Source: an uncultured Pseudomonadota bacterium
GTDB lineage: Bacteria; Oederibacteriota; Muellerivitia; Muellerivitales; Muellerivitaceae
Reading direction: 5' to 3'
Length of the DNA stretch: 64,000 bases
NCBI GenBank assembly: GCA_963836235.1
Contig: CAWIIP010000002.1
Coordinates: 160,001-224,000 of the forward strand
Below are positions 30,327 through 38,647 of the stretch, in pieces (position 1 is the stretch's first letter; every line of letters starts with the position of its first letter). The notes below the pieces were generated by a model, which saw only the letters and a program-made list of their open reading frames with translations, did no database searches and was not told the DNA's origin. A program made the position numbers and the translations under genes.

Positions 30327-30661
30327 TTCACGCTCCCTTTAAAAGCCGCCCATAGCTTGGTGGCTTTCTTTGTGTCATTATCCTGATTGTCTTTTTCTCC
30401 CCCACAAACCACGACGATGATGGCTCCCTTATGATAGCCGTAATAAACCCGGAAACCTCTTCCGTAATGAATCCTTAATTCCCAAAGGCCCCCGGTCTTT
30501 GGCAGGTCGTGATGATCGCCAAAATTCCCGTCCTCCATCCGGTCAACCGCCATCCGTATAAGGTCCTTGGCGGTTTCGTCCTTTAAGCGGCGGTGCCACT
30601 CCTTGTATAAAACCTTACCGTCTACCTCCAAATATTTAACTACAAAGGGGTGGTTTTCCAT
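30323..30661 (-). CDS. RelE/ParE-family toxin (HI1419-like)
   Basis: GNFGD...GLWELRIHYGRGFRVYY...GGEK..Q..D. Confidence 0.88.
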   Translation of the reverse strand: MENHPFVVKYLEVDGKVLYKEWHRRLKDETAKDLIRMAVDRMEDGNFGDHHDLPKTGGLWELRIHYGRGFRVYYGYHKGAIIVVVCGGEKDNQDNDTKKATKLWAAFKGSVK

Positions 30662-30671
30662 GCCTGAACCT

Positions 30672-30700
30672 AGTGTAATATTTATATTACTCATTGTCAA
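30672..30700 (-). promoter_or_regulatory. Sigma70 promoter with overlapping operator for the TA operon
   Basis: TTGACA-17 bp-TACACT; palindrome GTAATAT-TT-ATATTAC at 30675-30690. Confidence 0.75.
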
Positions 30701-30755
30701 ATCTTCCTTTCGAAAACAATCCCGAAAGGGGCCGCACCGAGACAAAGAACACCCC

Positions 30756-30792
30756 AAAAAAAGCCCCCCGGTTTGAAACCGGGGGGCTTTTC
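30756..30792. terminator. Intrinsic terminator after ardC
   Basis: AAAAGCCCCCCGGTTT-G-AAACCGGGGGGCTTTT. Confidence 0.85.
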
Positions 30793-30815
30793 TTCCTGAA
30801 AGGATGGAGCTGTTA

Positions 30816-31688
30816 TTAAGCGGCTTCCTCCTTCTTTTCAAATTTCACGCCTAAGATAAAGTCGGCTGCGGATTGGGCGAGTGATGCCGCCCGGAAAATG
30901 GCGCGGGTGTCATCCTTTAAAACCTTGATCCAGTTTTGGACATAGGCGGCGTGTTGGGTGTCGTATTCGTAGCCGACATGCCCAGCCAAGAAAGCCCCGC
31001 CTATTTCGGCGACAAGTTCCTCGAAGGCATAATCAACTGAACCGAAAACCAGGGACTGCTTGCGGTTAAGCCGTTTCGGGTGGCCGCTCCAGTGGGTTAG
31101 CTCATGGTAACTCGTGGAAAAAAATTTCTCCTCCGTCTTGAAAGAACGGCGAGGGGGAAGGTTGATATAGTCCAAAGTCGGGGAGTAAAAAGCCTTGTCG
31201 GGGTTTTCTTCAACGATCTTCGCCCCGGATTGGGTGAGGATGCGCTCGGCTTCCTCGTTCTTGTTGAAAGGCTTTTCCTCGGCGCTCTTGGGCCGCAAGT
31301 GGTCGAGTCCCTCGGTTTGGTCCAGGTTGAAAACCGTAAAATATTTTAGGTATTTGATAACCTTCTTTTCAAAATCCCCTTCCGCTTTTTCCTCCTTCAC
31401 CGTCAAGGGCTTGAAGAAAATGACCTCAACCCCCTTGGCCCCGGCCTTGATGTTGCCTCCCGCTGTTTTGGCCTGTTGGTAGGTGAGCCAAGAGTTACAG
31501 GAAAAACCCTGGCGGCTCGCAACCGAGGTAAGCCAAATAACATTCACCCCCCGGTATGCCTTCCGGGTGGCGGCGTTCTTGGGGAAGTTTCCGGTTTTAA
31601 TCCAGGGCGTTTCCCAAAAAAGATTTCCTTTCTCCATGTCCTCCAAAATTTGGTTGGTGATTTTCTCCATCAAATCGTTTGTTTTCAT
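30816..31688 (-). CDS. ardC: ArdC-family antirestriction ssDNA-binding protein
   Basis: W..PW, YRGVN, WLTYQQA, FTVFNLDQ, HELTHWSGH..RL.R, YAFEELVAE. Confidence 0.92.
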   Translation of the reverse strand: MKTNDLMEKITNQILEDMEKGNLFWETPWIKTGNFPKNAATRKAYRGVNVIWLTSVASRQGFSCNSWLTYQQAKTAGGNIKAGAKGVEVIFFKPLTVKEEKAEGDFEKKVIKYLKYFTVFNLDQTEGLDHLRPKSAEEKPFNKNEEAERILTQSGAKIVEENPDKAFYSPTLDYINLPPRRSFKTEEKFFSTSYHELTHWSGHPKRLNRKQSLVFGSVDYAFEELVAEIGGAFLAGHVGYEYDTQHAAYVQNWIKVLKDDTRAIFRAASLAQSAADFILGVKFEKKEEAA

Positions 31689-31706
31689 CTGGCCTGCTCC
31701 CTTTGA

Positions 31707-32140
31707 TTTATTAGAGGAGAGCCGCCCTCCGGGTGGGCCCCCTCAAAAATCCTTGGGGGCCCAAACGGAGCGAAAGAGGTGTTGTTGTTGGGGTAAAACA
31801 AGATCGAGGGTCCTGCGGTGTTCCTTTAGCAGATCGGGAAAATTCCAAAACAGTTGTGGGGCCGGATAAGCCGACGAAGGAGGCCCGGCCCGTTTTGAAA
31901 TTTAGGCGCCGACCGATCCCGACGGCGTTTATCCGCCCTCACCCTCCAGGTGAGGGCGAAGGTTGATAATGCCAACTCTATAAGAGTTGGTAAAAGCCGC
32001 CCGGCGATTTGTTTTGCGTCCACGTTGTCTTTCGCTTCCGGGGGTTCCGGGGGTCACTTCCCGCCGGGCTAGGGATGGGAATAGGGAAGGGGCTGTTCCC
32101 TTCCCTTGGGGGGGTCCGGGGGAAACGCCGCCCGGACTAC
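31707..32140. promoter_or_regulatory. Structured leader, family 1, copy 3
   Basis: Homologous to 28405-28790 with extra hairpins at ~31930-31995. Confidence 0.7.
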
Positions 32141-32244
32141 AGGTTTGGGAAACGGTTGAAAAGGTTGGGGGATAAATCGGCGGGAACAAAACCTTTAAAA
32201 AAAAGCCGAAAGGCTTTTCACCTTATGGGCCAAAAAAGCGACCG

Positions 32245-32580
32245 GCCTTGGGTCTCACGCCCCTTCCCTCGTCCCCAAATACCGTGGACGGTGAACCAGG
32301 CCTCGAACGCTGCCGTTGCACTCTCGCGATTCGTCGCTTAAAGGATTGCCTGACCAGAGCTCCAGGTCATCCGCTCCGCTACTTCCCTTCCGCCAAAAGC
32401 ACGCGGAAGTCCCTTAATCATCGTTGCCGGAAAAACCGGCAACCTCGACTTCCGCACCAGGCAGGCCTGCTTGAGGGCAGGCCGCCAAGAATCCTTTTTA
32501 CCCGCGCCCCCCTACTCGTTCGTAGAGGGGGGCGCAGTAAAAAGGCGCGAAACCCTCAAATAAAAATGAGGAGGATTCGC
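32245..32580. promoter_or_regulatory. Structured leader, family 2, copy 1
   Basis: Homologous to 35060-35316; long hairpin CTTTTTAC..GCGCCCCCC..GGGGGGCGC..GTAAAAAG before the RBS. Confidence 0.65.
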
Positions 32581-33000
32581 ATGAATCCAAAGATTGAAGT
32601 AGAGAAGTTGAATATCGCCAAGAAAGGACAGCAGGTCGGGACGTTCTCCGCTCGGGTGGGCTTCGATGGCGGGTGTGAGGTTACTCTACCCGGTATGAGG
32701 ATCGTCGAGGGGGCCAAAGGGACTTTCGTGGATGTTCCGTCAAGGCAGTTCAAGGACGTGGGCTTTGTTCCCTTTTACTACTTGAACAAGGCCTTAAGGG
32801 ATTTAATCACGCATGAGGCGCTGGATGCCTACCGCAAAGCGGTGGCGGAAAAGGCGGGTGAGAAACCGACGAGTCCGGCGGTGCCGGCGGCCCCTGCAGG
32901 GCCCGCAGTTGCGGCGGTAAAGCCGGAAAGTCCAGTGGTTCCCTCTCAAGCGAAAACGTGGCCACGGAAGGAATGGAAGCCAAACCCGGCAAGGAAATAG
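32581..33000 (+). CDS. SpoVG-like nucleic-acid-binding protein
   Basis: GTFSARVGFD..TLPGMRIVEGAKGTFVDVPSR..LRDLI..ALDAY; RBS GAGGAGG. Confidence 0.7.
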   Translation: MNPKIEVEKLNIAKKGQQVGTFSARVGFDGGCEVTLPGMRIVEGAKGTFVDVPSRQFKDVGFVPFYYLNKALRDLITHEALDAYRKAVAEKAGEKPTSPAVPAAPAGPAVAAVKPESPVVPSQAKTWPRKEWKPNPARK

Positions 33001-33098
33001 AAGATAAAAGAAGGGCCCGGGGCCGAGAGGCTCCGGGCTCTTTTTGTTGAAGGGGGAAGGTTTGGAGGGGCGTACTACCCCCTCCAACTTTGTCAGTT

Positions 33099-33493
33099 CT
33101 AGGGTTTAGGCTGTTTAGCGAAGGTCTTGTCGAACGACCCTTTCCAGCGAATCCCCTTTACCCGACCTTCCATGATTGCGTCCGCCTTCTCGTCAATTTC
33201 TTTGGCGAGTTTGGGACCGGGTTTATAAAATTTCGTTCCATTGTATTCAAAAAGGAATTTGTTAGATTTACTTCTCAGGCGGGTCTTTTTCGGCAGGTTT
33301 GCCTTATTCGGTTTCTTAGGTTTTGATTTCACGATTTTCCCCCCAACCAAGGCATCCGCCACGTTTTTGAGGGAAGAAAGAATATGTTTCTTATCCCGCC
33401 TGTCGAGGGCGGCGTTTAGATAACCCTTCCTGATTTCAGGGTCTTTTAGTTCCTTCAAAAGAAATTCATGATGATCGACTGTTCGGCCTTTCA
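33099..33493 (-). CDS. Antidote-like N-terminus fused to a KF.KP..GxVKG motif
   Basis: ELKDPEIRKGYLNAALD..LKNVADAL resembles the HI1420-type N-terminus. Confidence 0.55.
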
Positions 33494-33533
33494 TATTATC
33501 CTCCGTTGGAAAGCTCCTAAGGCGCAAACACCT

Positions 33534-33872
33534 TTAAAAGTTTACGGTTAAGTCAACGTTCTTAACCAGATCGGAAGCCGTCACCCCCAAGGCCTTGGCA
33601 ATAAGGTCAATTATTCCTAAGGTCGGGCTATAGGTGCTGTTCTCGTTTTCAATATTCAAAACCGTCCGGCTGGAAACACCCGCCTTCTCGGCCAATTCAA
33701 CTTGGGTCAATTTCTTCTTGTTCCGCAACTTAATGAGGTTCCAACCAAGGGAAACCCTTGGGCTCGGATTCTTCAAAGAGGCGTAAAGGTCGGGCCGTCT
33801 TTTCTTAAGGTGTTTAATGTCTTCTTCAATGGAAACTCCCGGCAAAACAATTTTTTTAAAATGTGTTTTCAT
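33534..33872 (-). CDS. XRE-family HTH regulator/antitoxin
   Basis: LRNKKKLTQVELAEKAGVSSRTVLNIEN. Confidence 0.85.
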   Translation of the reverse strand: MKTHFKKIVLPGVSIEEDIKHLKKRRPDLYASLKNPSPRVSLGWNLIKLRNKKKLTQVELAEKAGVSSRTVLNIENENSTYSPTLGIIDLIAKALGVTASDLVKNVDLTVNF

Positions 33873-34160
33873 TTATTCCCCCTCCAATGCTTTTATTTCA
33901 GCTAAGTATTTTTGAATCGCCTCTTTTTCTTTTTCGCGCGGCTCCCCCGCCCTGGTGATATGGGCGGTCAAAATGAAAAGGGCGTGCAACTTAAAAGACA
34001 AATAATAATTCACCACCAAAACCCTTTTTTCTCCCTTTAAAATTTTATCAAAAAAACCAGAACGGTCTTTAGCATAAGCAAGCCCCAAAACCTGGAACCT
34101 TAAAAGGTCAAGCTCTTCCCGGTCCATAATGTTGTCCCGGAAGTTCCGAAAATACGGCAT
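33873..34160 (-). CDS. Possible RelE/HigB-like toxin
   Basis: Toxin-first position before an XRE gene; promoter TTGACT-17-CATAAT at 34213-34185. Confidence 0.45.
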   Translation of the reverse strand: MPYFRNFRDNIMDREELDLLRFQVLGLAYAKDRSGFFDKILKGEKRVLVVNYYLSFKLHALFILTAHITRAGEPREKEKEAIQKYLAEIKALEGE

Positions 34161-34201
34161 AAATCCATAAAAACCTCACTTCTTATTATGTGTAGTATCC
34201 T

Positions 34202-34444
34202 TCATATAGTCAAGTACGACAAACTGCGCTCGATAAAATCCTCATAATCCGAATCAAAAACATCCTGGCACTTGAGGCAGTTTCCGGTTTCTTCGTCTAA
34301 CGGGAGGGCGTTGCTTCCGCACGAAAAACAAAACCCCTTGCAAGCGGGGCAGGGTGTCCCCTCTTTTTCGTCGTCCCATCCGTGGCCACATTTCCAAGCG
34401 GAAAAAGGAAAATGGAGTCCTGTTTTAGAAATTTCGTTTATCAA
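34202..34444 (-). CDS. Small Cys-rich hypothetical protein
   Basis: Several CxxC motifs; RBS AAGGAG. Confidence 0.5.
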   Translation of the reverse strand: MINEISKTGLHFPFSAWKCGHGWDDEKEGTPCPACKGFCFSCGSNALPLDEETGNCLKCQDVFDSDYEDFIERSLSYLTI

Positions 34445-34574
34445 ATTTTTTCTCCTTAAATCCTTTCTTCTTTGATTAGTTCCAAAAACCTATCGATTTC
34501 CTGGTCGGGAACCCTGAAAAGTTCCTCTATGTTTTTGATCTCTTCGTTCATTTCCCCTGCTCCTTCGCTTTTTT

Positions 34575-34945
34575 TTCGGGGCTTTTAAGTTCCTGCCCCC
34601 ACCGGCACAAGCCGGCGGTGGGGGCAGGAACTTGAAGGGGATTCCGCAGGAAAAATTTGGTTTCAATGCGACAGCAGCGCCGACCTTGCCGACCATGACA
34701 ATTGCGATCTTCAATTGGCGTGGGCGGTGCTTTGCAGTCGGCGCATTTGAAAGGAATTAAATTTTCTTAGGAATAGACCATTGGCAAAGCGGGGGCACCT
34801 CGCCCTTTGCCCACAAGGCAAAGGGCGGCGTCTTGGTTGTGCAAACAGCAATAAGCTGTTTGCACATAGGGGCGGGTTGGCCCCGGATGGTTAAATGGAT
34901 GAAGGTTACACGCCCGCGAAATCAGCGGTCGGCGAACCTTCTTAG
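34575..34945. promoter_or_regulatory. Structured leader, family 3, copy 1 (plus shared distal motifs)
   Basis: Homologous to 39005-39245; GCGCCGAC/GTCGGCGC stem. Confidence 0.65.
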
Positions 34946-35059
34946 GTATTTTTCGAAGGGACTTAGGCTTTCAACAAGGCCTTAAAACCAAAACCGCGAA
35001 CGGCGATCCGAAACCTCAAGTCAAAGATAAAGAATGCCAACACAGATTCATAAGGAATC

Positions 35060-35316
35060 AGCAACCGGCCTGGCCCTCCGGGACCCCGGGCAAAATCAGC
35101 CCGGCGGCCTCGAACGCTGTCGGCCTCCTCCTCCGTCGTCGCCTTTCGCGATTCGTCGCTTAAAGCAATTTTCTAACAGGGCTACAGGTCATCCGCTCCG
35201 CTGCTTCCCTTCCGCAAAGGAACATACAAACTTTTTACCGCGCCCCCCTACTCGTTCGTAGAGGGGGGCGCAGTAAAAAGGCGCGAAACCCCAAAATAAA
35301 AATGAGGAGGATTCGA
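35060..35316. promoter_or_regulatory. Structured leader, family 2, copy 2
   Basis: Homologous to 32245-32580. Confidence 0.65.
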
Positions 35317-35733
35317 ATGAATCCAAAGATTGAAGTTGTGAAGTTGAATATCGCCAGGAAGGGACACCAGGTCGGGACGTTCTCCGTCAAGGTTGGGTTC
35401 GATGGCGGGTGTGAAGTGACGCTACCGGGGATGAGGATCGTCGAGGGTTCCAAAGGAACCTTCGTGGATCTGCCGGCGAGAAAGTTCAAGGAAGGGGGCT
35501 TTGTTCCCTTCTACTACTTGAACAAGTCTTTGAAGGATTTGATCACCAAGGAAGGGCTGGAGAATTACCGAAAGGCCGGGACGGGGAAGCAACCGGAGAA
35601 GGCGGCATTCGCGGTCCCTGCGGCCGCAAGGCCAGCGGCGGCCAGCGCGACCATGGTTTCAAAACCAACGGTTCCTGCTCCGGCGAAAACGTGGCCACGG
35701 AAGGAGTGGAAACCGAATTCATTTAAAAAATAA
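35317..35733 (+). CDS. SpoVG-like protein (close paralog of 32581-33000)
   Basis: Near-identical N-terminal ~85 aa and KTWPRKEWKPN tail. Confidence 0.7.
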   Translation: MNPKIEVVKLNIARKGHQVGTFSVKVGFDGGCEVTLPGMRIVEGSKGTFVDLPARKFKEGGFVPFYYLNKSLKDLITKEGLENYRKAGTGKQPEKAAFAVPAAARPAAASATMVSKPTVPAPAKTWPRKEWKPNSFKK

Positions 35734-35833
35734 AAGAAGGAAAATGGCCCGGCTCCTAGAGGAGTCGGGCTTTTTTTGTTTCGCGGGGGGAGGTTTGGAG
35801 GGGCGTCCTACCCTCTTCTAGCCTTTTTGGGAT

Positions 35834-36034
35834 TTATTCGGGGTGAACTTCAATTCCCTTCACGGCCCCGCTTTTCATTTCCTTATAACGAACTATGATT
35901 TCTTTATGCTCTTTGGCGGTTGGTTTCCTGAACTTTAAAGGGGCGTTTTTGTAAACAGCCTCAACCAATTCAGCCACCAGCCTCCCAACCTTGGGGACTC
36001 TTGGCCCGTGGGCCGTCTTTTTCATCAGATTCAA
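35834..36034 (-). CDS. Small protein with KF.KP..GxVKG motif
   Basis: Motif shared with the ORFs at 33099 and 37178. Confidence 0.5.
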   Translation of the reverse strand: MNLMKKTAHGPRVPKVGRLVAELVEAVYKNAPLKFRKPTAKEHKEIIVRYKEMKSGAVKGIEVHPE

Positions 36035-36225
36035 ACTTTAGACAATCGGCGTTCAACTGAGCGCGAGGGCGGCATAAGTTCCTTTTTGCAAACACTTTTT
36101 ATGAACTCATCCGTCTCTTTTCGATGCTTTTGATTAAACTTTACAATTCCCAGACGGTTCATCTCGTTGGAAACTCTCTGTTTCCATTTTCTGACTTCCG
36201 TCAAACTCTTAGGTTCCTTCATCAC
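36031..36225 (-). CDS. Small hypothetical protein
   Basis: EPKSLTEVRKWK; RBS GGAGG. Confidence 0.55.
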   Translation of the reverse strand: MMKEPKSLTEVRKWKQRVSNEMNRLGIVKFNQKHRKETDEFIKSVCKKELMPPSRSVERRLSKV

Positions 36226-36255
36226 CTAACACCTCCAAAGGGGATGGCAATTTAA

Positions 36256-36609
36256 TTAATGTCCTGCCGCTGGAACCAATCCCGTCAATTTACCCGCCAT
36301 TTCGAAAAGAAGCTTTTTTGTTTGGGAGGGGTGAGTTTTTATGCCTTCTGCCCAATAGCCAACCGCCGCCGGAATCGGGTTCTTACCTTGCTCCCATTTC
36401 TTTACCGTTTCCGAACTAACAGCCATGATTCGGGCGAATTGGGGTTGGGAAACCTTCAGAATATTTCTCGCGTCCTTTATATCCTGGCCTGTAGTGCGGA
36501 TGAAAAGGTTTTCGACCTTAACTTTGGCGGGTTTCCCTTGGGCAAATTTGAGACCTTCCCTAAGGCTTTCCCTGAACAATTTCTTTTCTTCCTTTGTTTT
36601 TTTCATCAT
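36256..36609 (-). CDS. HigA-like HTH antitoxin
   Basis: IKDARNILKVSQPQFARIMAVSSETVKKWEQG. Confidence 0.85.
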   Translation of the reverse strand: MMKKTKEEKKLFRESLREGLKFAQGKPAKVKVENLFIRTTGQDIKDARNILKVSQPQFARIMAVSSETVKKWEQGKNPIPAAVGYWAEGIKTHPSQTKKLLFEMAGKLTGLVPAAGH

Positions 36610-37000
36610 CGATCCCCTCCCTCTTTCTGGTAGGCTTTTTTTATGCCTTCCGCGGTTTTTTTTAGTTCCTTTAAATCATTGGCGTCTAAATTTAATTTAT
36701 TCCTGTGGTCGTAAATTGAGAACAGGTAAATATCATGTTGAACACGAAAAAGAAGGTAAGTGAATCTAAAGCCTCCGCTTTTCCCGATGTTCCGGCTGGG
36801 TGATTTTGCCCGGCCTTTTATCCATCCTCCCGTACCTTTGATTTCGTCAAGCTTTCCGGATTCAACTTCCAACCTGATACTGTCACGTATTTCCTCGTGT
36901 AATTTGGGCTCCAACCTCACCAATTTTTTAAGGTCGCTCTCATATTGAAGGAGCTTAATGAGGCGGTATTTGATTTTCGAAACGTCAATTTCTTCCACGA
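36606..37000 (-). CDS. RelE/HigB-family toxin
   Basis: IKGTGGWIKGR..GKSGGFRFTY..IYLFSIY; promoter TTGACC-17-TATAAG at 37055-37027; start codon uncertain. Confidence 0.85.
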
Positions 37001-37177
37001 GTACCCTAATCTTTATGATATGGTATCTTATACCATATGTCATATAACAGGTCAACCAATATATTATGAAAACCCGGATACAAAGCCTCCGGCGGGGCCA
37101 TTCCTTTACTTGCCCTTTTCATCGGGAGAGCCTTGTAGACCCTAGGGCCGCTGTTCTCCTTCGAGGACCATTAGCTC

Positions 37178-37429
37178 TTAAAGTTTCTCCAAGTGTTTGA
37201 TGAGGTCTTGAGAAGAAATCGTCTTGACCTTGCCGCTTTTCATTTCGGCCACCCCACGGCGAATCTCTGCCGCTTCCTTGGGTGAAGGCTTGCTAAACTT
37301 CCAGCCCTTGTGTTCAACGATATCATTTGATTTGTTACCCACGGCGGTATCTTTCAGGCCGGACTTTTTCATCGGGAATCCAAGTCCCTTCCCGGTCGGC
37401 TTTTGCGGCGGCTTTAACAATCTTCGCAT
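37178..37429 (-). CDS. Small protein with KF.KP..GxVK motif
   Basis: WKFSKPSPKEAAEIRRGVAEMKSGKVKTIS. Confidence 0.5.
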   Translation of the reverse strand: MRRLLKPPQKPTGKGLGFPMKKSGLKDTAVGNKSNDIVEHKGWKFSKPSPKEAAEIRRGVAEMKSGKVKTISSQDLIKHLEKL

Positions 37430-37510
37430 GGGTTTTAGCGTCGGGCTTGGTGAGTTTAAGCCCCATGTGTTCCACCACTACCTTTTTAATCAAAATCCCC
37501 TCCAACATTT

Positions 37511-37828
37511 TTACTTCTTCTTTCCAAATAGGCGCCGGTACTCCTCGGCGGAAATTCCCTTGCGTTTCTTTCCGTAGCCTTCCGTAACCCTGGCCCCTCC
37601 GTGGAAGATTCCGTAACCAAGTTTCTTTTTCGCCATGGGTTGAATGGCCTCAAGGAAATCCTGCCACTTTGGATCGTGGGCCTTCTGGCCCATTTCGATG
37701 GCGGCCTGAACGGCCCCACGGGCGAAGGATGAGAAGTCCTTCACGCCCAAAGCCTTAAGGGACTCTTCCCAATACTTCGCCTGGGAAGATTTAGCTTTGA
37801 AACGGATCATCACGAATTTTCTTTTCAT
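37511..37828 (-). CDS. Hypothetical (RHH-like N-terminus)
   Basis: VMIRF...W......G..FSSFAR.A pattern. Confidence 0.45.
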   Translation of the reverse strand: MKRKFVMIRFKAKSSQAKYWEESLKALGVKDFSSFARGAVQAAIEMGQKAHDPKWQDFLEAIQPMAKKKLGYGIFHGGARVTEGYGKKRKGISAEEYRRLFGKKK

Positions 37829-37894
37829 CCAAAGCCTTTCCTAATAAGAACCTGGCGAATAACTCCAGCCTACCCGCGACTAAAATATTTAAAC

Positions 37895-38296
37895 TTATCG
37901 AATCCACTTCACCTTAATGTCTTTTTCAACGGATTTGAATTCTTTGTCCCCGGTCACGAGGTGGGCGTTTCTCAATTTTGCCGTCGCGGCGGCGTATGCG
38001 TCGGCGTAAGACATCTTATGAGTCCCTTTGAATCGCGCCGCAACAAGGGTCAATTCCCTACCCACGTCCAAAACCTGGATATCCATTTCCGCAAGCGTTT
38101 TTTCATACAGCATCGCTCTTTCTTCCCCGCCCTCCCTAAAAGCCGTGTACCAAACCTCTCCCCAATTCACGATACAAAGGAAAGCCTCGGCGTGGCCGTC
38201 CGCGATTTCATTTAAAACGGAAACAACGACTTCCTTGCCCTCTTCCCCTTCCAAATAGGCCAAAAGGGCGTGGGCGTCCAAAACGTAATGTTTCAA
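37895..38296 (-). CDS. vapC: VapC-family PIN toxin
   Basis: VLDAHALLAYLEGE, SYADAYAAATA, LVTGD. Confidence 0.92.
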   Translation of the reverse strand: MKHYVLDAHALLAYLEGEEGKEVVVSVLNEIADGHAEAFLCIVNWGEVWYTAFREGGEERAMLYEKTLAEMDIQVLDVGRELTLVAARFKGTHKMSYADAYAAATAKLRNAHLVTGDKEFKSVEKDIKVKWIR

Positions 38297-38523
38297 AGCT
38301 CGCGCTCAGCTTTCTTTTCTTCCGCCAAAAGCTTTAAAAGCTTGCCCTTGGTCCCGAGAATCCCGCAGTTCTTCCTTATCAAATCCTTGGTCATGGGAAC
38401 CATGCGGATCTCCCCGTCTTTCTCAAAAAATTTGACGGAAGTCCCCTTCTTGATTCCGAATTTTTCCCTGAATTCAGCCGGAATGACTACTTGGCCTTTT
38501 TCGGAAACGTGTGTAATCAGCAT
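38293..38523 (-). CDS. vapB: AbrB/MazE-type antitoxin (VapB)
   Basis: VSEKGQVVIPAEFREKFGI. Confidence 0.9.
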   Translation of the reverse strand: MLITHVSEKGQVVIPAEFREKFGIKKGTSVKFFEKDGEIRMVPMTKDLIRKNCGILGTKGKLLKLLAEEKKAEREL

Positions 38524-38647
38524 AAAAACCTCCCAAAAGTAAAACATATTTACTATGTAAAACTTATTTATAAGGTACAACTTTATTGAACCGTAGTCAA
38601 ATAAAGACTAATTGCCGGGTACAAAGCCCCCGGCGGGGCCGTTCCTC

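Noticed and set aside
32248-32580. ORF extensions and short ORFs overlapping the structured leaders
   Set aside because: GC-rich repeat sequence with frames not conserved between copies; strong RBS sites mark the downstream starts.
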